IMG/VR virus record: IMGVR_UViG_3300020045_004509
Span: 58,707 to 122,706 of that record
From: a virus
DNA: 64,000 nucleotides
Reading direction: 5' to 3' (one strand)
Position numbers and translations under genes: made by a program. How positions within the stretch are numbered: position 1 is the stretch's first letter; every line of letters starts with the position of its first letter. This document shows positions 28,947-38,345 of the stretch, one piece after another. The notes under the pieces are model-generated. The model saw only the letters and a program-made list of their open reading frames with translations, was not told the origin of the DNA and made no database searches.

Positions 28947-29978
28947 TCACAACTGTTCCATCCAGAATTGACGCGCAACAGATGCAATTTTTGAAGAAAC
29001 ATCTTTTGTACAAAGACCAGATTGAACCATCATATTAGATTCTTCTTTTATTGCATCACCAACAATAAATTTGATAAATTCGCCAGTATTCTTTGATTCA
29101 ATTTCCAATCCTCGCTGTTTCAGAACATCAATCCCTTGTTCCAGACGATTCTTAGTACAAACAGCATCAACAAATTCTTGAACTGAATTCATCTTTTCTT
29201 CATCAACAGGAACCAATGTTTTTACTTTGGAAACGGAATGTTTCGCGCCTTTTGACTTATACATCAACCCATCAATATTGATTTCTGGAACATCACAAGA
29301 AACTGCCTTAAAAACGATTCCCTCCCCGATTAGTTCTTTATCAAAATCTTTTCCAAGAATTGTTCGGGCAACTGGACAATCCCGTTCAACTTCATTGGTC
29401 AAGTCAATCAGGATATTCTGAACAGATTCAGGATTAGAAAATGGAATAGAAACAAAGAATGTTGGAAATTCATAAACATGACGAATTTCGTTTGTGGTGA
29501 ATCCAGCCATAACATCAATGATTTGTTCAGTAGTAAACCATTTCTGACTTTCGGCATCTTCGGAAATACGAATAGCAAACACATTGAACATCTTAGGAAG
29601 ATAGTTTAATCCAACCCCCTTCTGGATATTTGAACCCATCCATTCACCGTATACCTGAATACTACCAATAGCATCTGGATATTTTTTAGCGATAGAATCA
29701 AACAAAGCGTTAAAGTGTTCCTTGTTACGCTCTCCAAAAGCACAGAACCCAGCATTGTCTGATAGAAGATCAAGAATTCGTTCACGGGATTGGAAATAGA
29801 TGTCATCGTTTGACCCATTCATGGGTCTAACAGTTGCCCCATTGCTGCCATGACACTTGATCCCGCCTTGAAACAAAATAGTAGGTAAAGCAACTTGATG
29901 ATACTTTGCATTGTCCCGAACTTGTCGAACAACATCTTTGAATTGACCAATAGAAGGGAAGGCAATGTGTTTTTTCAT
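28947..29978 (-). CDS. RNA ligase, Rnl2 family
   Basis: KCHGSN (motif I), VYGEW.G..IQKGV, F.VF.I, EGIV and K.KG.KHS. Confidence 0.8.
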   Translation of the reverse strand: MKKHIAFPSIGQFKDVVRQVRDNAKYHQVALPTILFQGGIKCHGSNGATVRPMNGSNDDIYFQSRERILDLLSDNAGFCAFGERNKEHFNALFDSIAKKYPDAIGSIQVYGEWMGSNIQKGVGLNYLPKMFNVFAIRISEDAESQKWFTTEQIIDVMAGFTTNEIRHVYEFPTFFVSIPFSNPESVQNILIDLTNEVERDCPVARTILGKDFDKELIGEGIVFKAVSCDVPEINIDGLMYKSKGAKHSVSKVKTLVPVDEEKMNSVQEFVDAVCTKNRLEQGIDVLKQRGLEIESKNTGEFIKFIVGDAIKEESNMMVQSGLCTKDVSSKIASVARQFWMEQL

Positions 29979-29984
29979 AATATT

Positions 29985-30641
29985 TTAACAGTCTAAAGAA
30001 GGGGTGATAAATTTTTCAATACGTTCACCTGAATTATACATGACTTTATCGGCTTTTGGATATGGTTCAACAGAATATTTCAACTTAGAAAGCATTTCTT
30101 TCTTTTGATACTTATTACCATTCAGATAGAAGTACCGATGTTTCTGTTGGGGTTTGATCATTTCTATCCCATTTTCCCTTGCCCATTTAACAGGACTTGA
30201 TACTCCCTTATCCCGCAAGGTCATTTGGTGCGTGCGTACCCCATCAACAACATATGTCTTATCATGGGACACGGTTGCCCCCGTATATAACCAATTTGTT
30301 GCTTGATATACAATGCCAACATGACCCATTTCAGTATCAGCATATGAAACTACAGCAGAAGGACTTTCAAGCATCTTCAAAGAATTCGCTATCAAAAACG
30401 AAGCAGCATTCTTTTGTTCAGTCTGAATCACCAATCTTGATAGTTCAAACATTCGGAATTTTCTATCTTCAAATGCATAAGATTGAATAGCGGGGGAAGG
30501 TTGACCATATACAACAATCCCTTCAATCTTAGAATCAATAACTAAAGCAAACCCATTCCAAAATATAGATGGTCTATGGGAATAATGTTTCTTAGTTACG
30601 AACTCATCACAGATTGATTTTTCAATTGGGATAACTTTCAT
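29985..30641 (-). CDS. Mom-like DNA-modification GNAT protein
   Basis: HYS, ELSRL and VVSYAD...GH.G.VYQATNW.YTG. Confidence 0.75.
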   Translation of the reverse strand: MKVIPIEKSICDEFVTKKHYSHRPSIFWNGFALVIDSKIEGIVVYGQPSPAIQSYAFEDRKFRMFELSRLVIQTEQKNAASFLIANSLKMLESPSAVVSYADTEMGHVGIVYQATNWLYTGATVSHDKTYVVDGVRTHQMTLRDKGVSSPVKWARENGIEMIKPQQKHRYFYLNGNKYQKKEMLSKLKYSVEPYPKADKVMYNSGERIEKFITPSLDC

Positions 30642-30952
30642 TTACTAATGATAGTAAAAAATTCTGGAAACGTCAAACCTGAAACGTCATATTTTGTTTC
30701 TTTATCCGTCCAGAATTCCCTTGGTTCTTGCCCAAAGTCGGTTTCCCACATCCACCACTCAACCCATTCAAATGTATCCTTCCCTAAGATATTTTCAACA
30801 AGTTTTGTGTACGAATCTTGAATTGGGGTTGCTAATCCAAAAATCATTGATTCGGAACACAAAGAACGGAATGCATCACTGATATGTTGTTCTTTTTCTT
30901 GCTGAACAAACATAGCGGTTACAAAGGCATGGGCGATGTCAAGGTTAGTCAT
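30638..30952 (-). CDS. Hypothetical protein
   Basis: 104-aa ORF containing WVEWWMWETDFG. Confidence 0.65.
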   Translation of the reverse strand: MTNLDIAHAFVTAMFVQQEKEQHISDAFRSLCSESMIFGLATPIQDSYTKLVENILGKDTFEWVEWWMWETDFGQEPREFWTDKETKYDVSGLTFPEFFTIISK

Positions 30953-31224
30953 TTTTTGGAAGGGTAATAGTGTTCAGAAACAATTGAGATAACATCAGAA
31001 AGGAACATATCAGCCATCAAACCAGAAAATGCAAATGCATAGTTCGACTTAGAAAGATTGATACCTTCAGCAAGCAATTTCTTAGCTTCAACCAAAGCTT
31101 CAGGACGAAGAACATACACACAAGCAGGGCAGTTATATTCATGTTTTGCATCAATGAACTGCTTTGCCAATTTTGCGGATATGTCCCGGCGAATCTTAGC
31201 TTTGTTTACTTTCTTTGTTGTCAT
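30949..31224 (-). CDS. Hypothetical protein
   Basis: 91-aa ORF with RBS. Confidence 0.6.
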   Translation of the reverse strand: MTTKKVNKAKIRRDISAKLAKQFIDAKHEYNCPACVYVLRPEALVEAKKLLAEGINLSKSNYAFAFSGLMADMFLSDVISIVSEHYYPSKK

Positions 31225-31269
31225 GATAAAGTTCCTTTGAAGTTTGGATAGATGTATTATACATCAAAA

Positions 31270-31446
31270 TCAACCATAAAGGATATGTTGCAAGACAAAT
31301 TCTGAAACTTTTTCAGGAGCAGTTTCAATAAGTTTTTCGGGAACTTGAAAGTTCATAGATGCATTTGGCGATTTCCACCAAGCATCTACCATGTTTTGAC
31401 TACCCAAAAGGGATAGCAAAACTTCATTCAGTTTTTGACGGTTCAT
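31270..31446 (-). CDS. Small protein resembling Xre/MbcA/ParS antitoxin C-terminal domain
   Basis: LLGS...V.AWW.SPN......PE.LI; start MNRQK at 31446. Confidence 0.45.
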   Translation of the reverse strand: MNRQKLNEVLLSLLGSQNMVDAWWKSPNASMNFQVPEKLIETAPEKVSEFVLQHILYG

Positions 31447-31877
31447 TTGGGGTTTCATTGGATTCTTCCTTTGTTTCAATAGGTTGTTGGACCAGAACAT
31501 TACCTTCTGATACATCATAGATAGCATCTGAAGTAGGTTGCATCTTAGGATGTTCAATGTATTCATCAAGAACAAATAATTGCTTTGCATGATTGATCGG
31601 AAGTCCATTTTGGGTACAAATCTGTTGGGCCGCTAAACGATTCTTAGTGATATTTGCAATATTACCAGATTTATCGATGATTGCGTAGAATGAAGTTGGT
31701 TGATAAAGCATGTTATTTATTTTTAGTTCCAACTTGGAAAGAGAGCCACATTAGTTCAGTAATCCTATCGAAGTAAACATATACTTTATTGTTTGATAGG
31801 AATTTGTGAATGTTTATGTTATTACTTAAGCAGAAGGATTCGAAATTTTTACGTTCTGGATTCATGAATAGCGAATG

Positions 31878-33047
31878 TTAGTCTTTTAAAAATAACCGAA
31901 GTTTAGAATTGATGTCCATTTCTTCAAACACATGCTTCGGTTCTTGTTTCAATTTCCTTGCAGTAAAGATGATGCCATAACCCGGAAACTGTTTCAGGGA
32001 CATAGCAAATTCTTTCTGAGATTCAATATGGCGCAATTCATTGTACTTAGCAACCATGTTATGAACAAAATCTTCCACTTCAGTTTGAACAGTTTGAACA
32101 AGTTCTTTAAACTCAGAAAAATATACCAAAAATTCATCGGCATCCCCTGAAAGAACAAGTTTCAATAGATTCTTTCTGCTTGGTACTGGATCATTACCCC
32201 GAATAGAATGTGCTATCAAATATGTAGCTGATTTGATCTTCATCCGTTTACCAGAAGTTGGATCAAACACGACAAACCCTTCCTGAAGATCAGTTAGTTC
32301 ATTTGCATCTTTAATCAGTTGATCGAATGTTTCTTTGATTGGAAATGTTTGAACAGGAATCACATTGAATCCATAATCAACCAACAAACCAGTTTCTTCT
32401 TGAATATCCAAACCAAAATCATGTTTAGATGTAACCGCAAGCAGAACAAGACAAGCTGTATCGTATCGAGTGACTATTTTGTTAAACGGTGATATGTACT
32501 CCGCTACCAAAGTAAATACTTTGAACCCATGCCACACTTCGTTAGCATAAGTATTCATCTTGTTCTGAAAGTCTTCTTCAGACGAACAACCAAATGCTTC
32601 ACGAATATGATCCCGAAAAGTCCCCCCCATTTGATGTGGTCCTTCTGCTTTAGCCATACCCCGCGTAGAAATTTCCCAACGATTCGTATGAGGGTTATGG
32701 TATAACCCTACTAAACTTCCATCATACTTCATCATCACAACAGAATCTTTCAGAGAAAAATCTGCATAATATTCAGGAACTTCCCCACAATTAAAAAATC
32801 TCAAAAACTTCTTTGACAACAGATTAAATTTATCCAAGGTAAGAATCAAAGAACGGGATTCAATCACCATTGGATGACTTTTTGGGGAATCAATCATGGA
32901 ATAGTCAAACAAGACCATGTTATCTTCTGGATACACTTTCGAAGTGATACCAAGATCAAGTTCAAGTTTTGCAAGAATTTCTTCCGTAGAAATCCCTTTT
33001 GCTTGTTCTTCTTTAAGATATTTAATAATTTGCATAGTTATTTCCAA
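31878..33047 (-). CDS. rnlA: RNA ligase 1 (Rnl1/gp63-like)
   Basis: E.R.L.L, KF.RFFN.GE, KYDGSL, EGFVV and KIKS..Y motifs. Confidence 0.85.
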   Translation of the reverse strand: MEITMQIIKYLKEEQAKGISTEEILAKLELDLGITSKVYPEDNMVLFDYSMIDSPKSHPMVIESRSLILTLDKFNLLSKKFLRFFNCGEVPEYYADFSLKDSVVMMKYDGSLVGLYHNPHTNRWEISTRGMAKAEGPHQMGGTFRDHIREAFGCSSEEDFQNKMNTYANEVWHGFKVFTLVAEYISPFNKIVTRYDTACLVLLAVTSKHDFGLDIQEETGLLVDYGFNVIPVQTFPIKETFDQLIKDANELTDLQEGFVVFDPTSGKRMKIKSATYLIAHSIRGNDPVPSRKNLLKLVLSGDADEFLVYFSEFKELVQTVQTEVEDFVHNMVAKYNELRHIESQKEFAMSLKQFPGYGIIFTARKLKQEPKHVFEEMDINSKLRLFLKD

Positions 33048-33190
33048 ACAGCGTTGATGAAAAGGACAATCACGGTAACAAGAACAATGTCAGCCGTAAT
33101 AGTCAAAGCTGCCAAGTGGGGATTAGATTTGATTCGGTTGATGATGACGTTCATTTTATATTTCCTTTGAGATTTGGTGAATGAATTATA

Positions 33191-33418
33191 TCAGATTTTT
33201 GGACACCAATCTGGTGTTTCTGATTCTTTTCTTTTGTTATATGGACGACATGAAATAGTTACACATTTGAATTCTTGAGCATCAGAATAATATTTGGGAA
33301 AGTTATCTGGCGTCTGGGTCATTAATGTACAAATAACGGCAACATCATCCGAACAAAAACTATCATATGGATCAGGATCAGCAATTACTTTATGAGATGG
33401 GCAATCAAGACAATTCAT
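33191..33418 (-). CDS. Small Cys-rich hypothetical protein
   Basis: C.DCP.H, DPDP.D.F and PDWCP. Confidence 0.65.
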   Translation of the reverse strand: MNCLDCPSHKVIADPDPYDSFCSDDVAVICTLMTQTPDNFPKYYSDAQEFKCVTISCRPYNKRKESETPDWCPKI

Positions 33419-33975
33419 TTTGTACTTTCAAATTTTTCTTTGAGGCGAAGATATTCAATATAATCAGGATCAGATTCCAACTTCAGCTTTTTGGAAACCT
33501 TTTCAATTAAGATATCAAAATCATCATTATCCCAAAACATACCTTCATCAAATGCAGTCAAAACTTCTCGAACAGTGTATTTTAGTTCTTCTGTTTTTGG
33601 AATCATTAGTGTTTCTTCTTCTTCAATCTTTTTAAACATACAATTGTTCTCTTCGCAATCATGGACACGATTGATTTCATCACAAGTACCAGTAGCATTC
33701 CAATTACAAGCACAAAAAGCGCATGAAACGTCATCAAATACTTCTTGGAATGTTCCAGAATCAATTTTGATAATCTTAGGGATTTTGGGTTCGGTTTTAA
33801 ACATCATATTATGATTGCGAATGCATTGTTCCTGAACATCATCTACACAGCTACGGTTCAAAGTTTTATCATCAAACAAAGAACAACCATCACACCCCCC
33901 ATGTTCTTTTGCAGGAACACATTTCATTGATTCGCCGTTGATTGTATACAGATTACCAATTTCAAATTTTTCCAT
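33415..33975 (-). CDS. Cys-rich hypothetical protein, paralog of 18546..18935
   Basis: Start MEKFEIG after AAAGGA; two Cys modules and the shared C-terminus. Confidence 0.7.
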   Translation of the reverse strand: MEKFEIGNLYTINGESMKCVPAKEHGGCDGCSLFDDKTLNRSCVDDVQEQCIRNHNMMFKTEPKIPKIIKIDSGTFQEVFDDVSCAFCACNWNATGTCDEINRVHDCEENNCMFKKIEEEETLMIPKTEELKYTVREVLTAFDEGMFWDNDDFDILIEKVSKKLKLESDPDYIEYLRLKEKFESTK

Positions 33976-34129
33976 GATATTTCCTTTGAAGTTAAGAATT
34001 GGTCGGGCTTTATTACTGTATTCTAGGTTCAACCAAATGATCCTGAGTCAAGCAACCTTTATTTCTCGCTTCGTTTTTCCCGATATTTTTCCGAAAACAC
34101 GGTAAGGAGCTACCTTACCAACAACTCAA

Positions 34130-34303
34130 TTATACGTCAATATCAACCATCTTTTCAAGGATTTTCAATATTCTTTTCTCAAATCTATTCTGATTGATGA
34201 TTTCTGTTGCTAAATCAATCTTCAAAAACCGAATTTCCTCATGAAGAATTGAAATCTGATCTTCCAAATGGGTAATTCTTGAATGATCTGAGTCTTCTTT
34301 CAT
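34130..34303 (-). CDS. Small coiled-coil protein in the lysis region
   Basis: 57-aa ORF found by hand (MKEDSDHSRITHLEDQI...) with ATGA overlap. Confidence 0.5.
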   Translation of the reverse strand: MKEDSDHSRITHLEDQISILHEEIRFLKIDLATEIINQNRFEKRILKILEKMVDIDV

Positions 34304-34890
34304 TTTCCGTTTCCTATATTCTTAATTGATTCTGCTAAGGCATCAGTTTTCTTAGATGAACCAGACGATGATCCATAAAAGTATCCAATGACTTGTTGGG
34401 AAGCTGATGCAACATAACCAATGATAGACCCAATGAATCCTGATACAGCAGCAACAGTTGCAACATCTTTGATTGTAATACCCCCCGATAAAATCTGGTA
34501 AGCCCCAAACAAAGACATACCCATTGTAACAGCAAACATAGAAAGAATCGCAACCCCTAACCAAAACGTGTTGTTGGTATGATACTTTCTTGCATCTTTT
34601 GTGTCATCAACATAAGCAAGTTCAGTTGTTTGATTTAGTTTAGCATAATCAAACCCGATTTCAGCCATTTTTTCTTCATGTTCTTTATTGAGTTTCTGAA
34701 GTTCAACAATCTTATCGGGAGTCATTCCCGTTAGGACAGCTTGGGCAACTTCATCTTCTGACCCATCATCTTTTCCAAGAAAGATATTTGATAAAGACTT
34801 AACAGCAATTGCTGACATTGGCCCCCCAATGAGCGAAGCAACTGCGGGAGCCACCGTACCAATAATTTTTTTCCAATCAAAATTACTCAT
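34300..34890 (-). CDS. Putative holin-like membrane protein
   Basis: AP..A..IGGP N-terminus, D..DAR, two transmembrane segments and YFYGSS.GS; follows the endolysin. Confidence 0.65.
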   Translation of the reverse strand: MSNFDWKKIIGTVAPAVASLIGGPMSAIAVKSLSNIFLGKDDGSEDEVAQAVLTGMTPDKIVELQKLNKEHEEKMAEIGFDYAKLNQTTELAYVDDTKDARKYHTNNTFWLGVAILSMFAVTMGMSLFGAYQILSGGITIKDVATVAAVSGFIGSIIGYVASASQQVIGYFYGSSSGSSKKTDALAESIKNIGNGK

Positions 34891-34891
34891 A

Positions 34892-35434
34892 TTATTCTAC
34901 CCTATTCAAAACCCAGCCGTACAAAAAATTTTCTTGGGTTTCTTTACCCTCGCAAATTTCTACATAACGAACTGCTTGGAAAGCGTTAAGAAGTCTAAGG
35001 AGAACTTTTACCCCATCAGTTCCCCGTTTATCAATATAGATTTTCAAGGATGATAGGGTCATGTTTCCAATAGACCCATCAACAGTCATGTTTGGAAATA
35101 ATTTAGCTTCTTGGTTAAGAACATTCAATGCCCGTTGAAGAAACTTTGACCCGGTTGCTACACCCATGTTCACGCCCGTATCAAAAAGTTCCCCAGCGAT
35201 TTCAGGGCTAATATCAAATACTTTATCAAACTTTGGTTGAACCCAATACCGTTGACGGTAAATTTCTTTTGCAGTTCCTTTTGGTAAGTCTTTCATATCC
35301 CCGGTATACCCAAAAGAACGGGCGACAAATTCAGTGATACCCCAATTGGTTGCGCCTCCTGAATCTTTTGGATCATTTGAATATGATCCTTCTTTCCCAA
35401 TTAAAACATCTAATTCAGTTTCTAAATTTTTCAT
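34892..35434 (-). CDS. Endolysin, glycoside hydrolase family 108
   Basis: EGSYSNDPKDSGGATNWGIT, FDTGVNMG, LQRALN, DG.IG..T and GW..NRV. Confidence 0.9.
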   Translation of the reverse strand: MKNLETELDVLIGKEGSYSNDPKDSGGATNWGITEFVARSFGYTGDMKDLPKGTAKEIYRQRYWVQPKFDKVFDISPEIAGELFDTGVNMGVATGSKFLQRALNVLNQEAKLFPNMTVDGSIGNMTLSSLKIYIDKRGTDGVKVLLRLLNAFQAVRYVEICEGKETQENFLYGWVLNRVE

Positions 35435-35476
35435 AGTTTCCTAAAATAATCATGATTGACTATTTAGGAAAACAGA

Positions 35477-36775
35477 TTACATAAGTTCAGCTAAGGAATT
35501 CGCAACTGATTTATCATGCCTACGTTGTACATAGACAGGTAAAAAGAGAGAATGGGTAGTTTTGGATTTTGATGTGATCAATTCATTAAACGACACTTCA
35601 ATAATAGAATTCGTATATGGAATACTTGGATCACGATCAGAATCTTTCAAACCAGTTCCAACATTCACATGAAGTAATCCATCAGAAGTTTCACAGATCA
35701 AAGAACCAATCATACCAGAATACTTACCAGTACCTTCTTCGATACCAACACAAAGGAGATCGGCAGTATCTGAATTTTTGACCTTAACGTAGTTCTTACT
35801 ACGCTTATCTTCAAAGACGGAATTCATGACTTTGATGATTATTCCCTCTTCTTTTTGAAGACGCATTTCAGCATAGTATTCCATACATTCTGCTAATGTC
35901 TTAACATTCTTATAATCGACTACAGAAACTTTGTTATCCCATTTCGTTGAAATTTCATTCAAAGTTTCTTGGCGAATGTTATAAGGAACAGTACCCTTTC
36001 CCGCAAGGTATTCATGGATAGGAACAATATCCCAAATCACCAAACCAAGTGTTTTAGATTCTGCTTCTGATAACGTTCCCCTCACACACTTAGTATATCG
36101 ACCATTACTTACAGTTCGTGATTCAAATTTACCATCATTTTTGATAGCAAGCAATTCTCCATCAAATACTGAATTAACATGCCTAGTAAAGTATTTGTCA
36201 AAACAATGATACAGATTCAAAGGCGAACCATTGCGGGAACGATAACTAACAATGCCTACATCGTCAACTTCTACAATTACTCGGCCCCCATCCATTTTCT
36301 TATTGGCAGAAAATCCAACATTGTTTTCAAATTGTTGAAGATACTTTTCTGCTTTAGAATCAAATTTCGAGCACAAAAGAACTGAGAAATCAGGTACTAA
36401 ATTCTTCCATACCTTAGACGCAATTGTATCAGATGCCCCACAACGCAGATCGTGAAGCATAATCCTACGAAGAATTTCTTGATCTTCTGGATGAAGTGTA
36501 CTCATGATACCAACAACAAGATTCCTTGCCCTATCCCCAGTTATTTCCCGATTGATTAGTTTATCAATAGATTCAAATACATATTCATTCAACCCACTAT
36601 CAGCAAATGAATCATATGAATCTTCAGGCTTAATCCAAAAATTTATTCTCGGATTGTATGCGTAATAAAACACTTTCTTCAGAAGTTCATTGTCTTTGTT
36701 TCGTTCAAGAATCGCTTGCTTTTCCTTAGTAGAAGAAGTAGAGGCGATTGATTCGATTATTTCATAGATGGTCAT
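35477..36775 (-). CDS. 30: ATP-dependent DNA ligase gp30
   Basis: KMDG.R, SRNG, FDGEL, EGIIIK, KRS...K.K and SLFLP motifs. Confidence 0.93.
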   Translation of the reverse strand: MTIYEIIESIASTSSTKEKQAILERNKDNELLKKVFYYAYNPRINFWIKPEDSYDSFADSGLNEYVFESIDKLINREITGDRARNLVVGIMSTLHPEDQEILRRIMLHDLRCGASDTIASKVWKNLVPDFSVLLCSKFDSKAEKYLQQFENNVGFSANKKMDGGRVIVEVDDVGIVSYRSRNGSPLNLYHCFDKYFTRHVNSVFDGELLAIKNDGKFESRTVSNGRYTKCVRGTLSEAESKTLGLVIWDIVPIHEYLAGKGTVPYNIRQETLNEISTKWDNKVSVVDYKNVKTLAECMEYYAEMRLQKEEGIIIKVMNSVFEDKRSKNYVKVKNSDTADLLCVGIEEGTGKYSGMIGSLICETSDGLLHVNVGTGLKDSDRDPSIPYTNSIIEVSFNELITSKSKTTHSLFLPVYVQRRHDKSVANSLAELM

Positions 36776-36877
36776 TTTGGTTCCTTTGAAGTTTGGTTGA
36801 TTATATCAGAAAATGCAATGTGCTATTTGCTATTTGTACGCCAGATTGTAACACAAAATTCACAAGAATGAAGTTTG

Positions 36878-36956
36878 GTTAAATAGATGGTTAGGTAAAG
36901 ATTGCTGTCCTTACCAACACAGTAACGGAGAACCGTGCTGTCCCAAACTATTTAAC
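36878..36956 (+). promoter_or_regulatory. Structured leader (three-way junction) containing late promoter TAAATA, upstream of an HNH endonuclease
   Basis: Outer stem GTTAAATAG/CTATTTAAC; inner hairpins homologous to 12368-12449. Confidence 0.6.
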
Positions 36957-36967
36957 GCGAGAACCTC

Positions 36968-37801
36968 ATGATTCAACATCCAAACATTATACAAAATAAA
37001 TATTATAGATTATATCTAAGAATAATAGAATCAAATATTATTAATGAATCTGAATATAATGAAAATCACCATATTCTACCAAGAAGTTTAGGTGGAACTG
37101 ATATAAAATCTAATTTAGTTAGATTGTCATCAAGAAGACATTTTCTATTACATTATCTATTGACTAAATTTACTATCAATCAGGCATTGTATAGCTGTAG
37201 AAAAGCATTTAATATGATGAAGGCTGGTAGGAATTATCAATATAGATACTTTAACTCAAGATTATATGAATCAAATAGAAAACATATGAGTGAAACTATG
37301 TCACTGTCACAAAGCGGTAAAACTAATTCTCAATATGGTAAGATTTGGATGTATAACATAATAACCAACATTCCTTCTAAATTTTATATCAGTGATATAA
37401 ACGAAGCATTAGAACAAGGTTGGATTTTTGGTAGAAATGGAAAATATAAATTTATAAATCCTAACCCAAAAACAATCAATAGAATCATTTCCCCAAAAGA
37501 TTTTAAAACAATGGGGGCACAAATCAAAATTTACTCCCCATATGGTTACGAAATGCAGATAAGAGAAATTTATTTTTGTGATTATGCGATTGATGGATGG
37601 ATAAAAATAAATCCAGAAAAACAGTCAACCAGAAAACGAACTTATCTAACCAACGGAATAGATAATATAATTATACCAATTGACTTTGTTACTTTTTTAA
37701 CTAAATATGGCAAGTGGAAACTTGGATTTTATAATCCAAACCATAAAGGAACTACAGGGAAAACATATCATTATGTTGATAATGAACGTGTGTATGATTA
37801 A
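36968..37801 (+). CDS. HNH homing endonuclease
   Basis: E.HHILPRSLGG.D..SNLV.L..R.HF..H.LL; GW..G repeats. Confidence 0.85.
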   Translation: MIQHPNIIQNKYYRLYLRIIESNIINESEYNENHHILPRSLGGTDIKSNLVRLSSRRHFLLHYLLTKFTINQALYSCRKAFNMMKAGRNYQYRYFNSRLYESNRKHMSETMSLSQSGKTNSQYGKIWMYNIITNIPSKFYISDINEALEQGWIFGRNGKYKFINPNPKTINRIISPKDFKTMGAQIKIYSPYGYEMQIREIYFCDYAIDGWIKINPEKQSTRKRTYLTNGIDNIIIPIDFVTFLTKYGKWKLGFYNPNHKGTTGKTYHYVDNERVYD

Positions 37802-37906
37802 TGGTGCGGGTGGAGGGAGTTGAACCCACGACTTACCCCTTTTTTTATATTCTATTTCGAAAACATAAAAGAAGGGGGTTACTCTAGCCATCTGAGTTAC
37901 ACCCGC
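37802..37906 (-). tRNA. tRNA-like gene with 35-nt expanded anticodon loop (identity unresolved)
   Basis: Acceptor GCGGGTG/CACCCGC plus A-CCA, D arm ACTC/GAGT, anticodon stem ACCCC/GGGGT, T loop TTCAACT. Confidence 0.75.
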
Positions 37907-37916
37907 TTAATCCTAA

Positions 37917-38345
37917 TTATACCTTATAAAACTTTCCATCTACAACTATGATAGAAATAAATTTATCTGAAATCGGCCCCTTAGTATAATCCTTTCCCCC
38001 ATCAATCCAAACAGAACCATCTTTAGAAGTTCTATAATCATACCGGTATCTTGAATAGATGATTTCCCCATCATCAGCTATGATACCAGAAAATGGTTCA
38101 TCTATTGCAGATTGTCCTGAAACAATATACAAACTTCCTTGTTGAATAATCAATCCAAAGTAATGAGAATATCCTTCAATCGGAACAACTTCTTGATAGT
38201 AAACATCAGCAGGATTTTCTGACCAACCCCCATGTTTAGTTTTCAAACAGAATTGACCAACAAAGGATGCTTTATATTTTTCTTCGACCTTTTGGATATT
38301 AGCTAAAGCATCTTCGCGTCCTGAATTAACAATGATTGGTTTCAT
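37917..38345 (-). CDS. Conserved phage hypothetical protein
   Basis: YSRYRYDY...G...IDGG.DY motif. Confidence 0.7.
   Translation of the reverse strand: MKPIIVNSGREDALANIQKVEEKYKASFVGQFCLKTKHGGWSENPADVYYQEVVPIEGYSHYFGLIIQQGSLYIVSGQSAIDEPFSGIIADDGEIIYSRYRYDYRTSKDGSVWIDGGKDYTKGPISDKFISIIVVDGKFYKV

Noticed and set aside
33976-34032. 5' extensions of ORFs 33415..34032, 13385..13915, 12427..13263 and 31270..31608
   Set aside because: Downstream ATGs have clear RBSs or fit neighbouring genes better.
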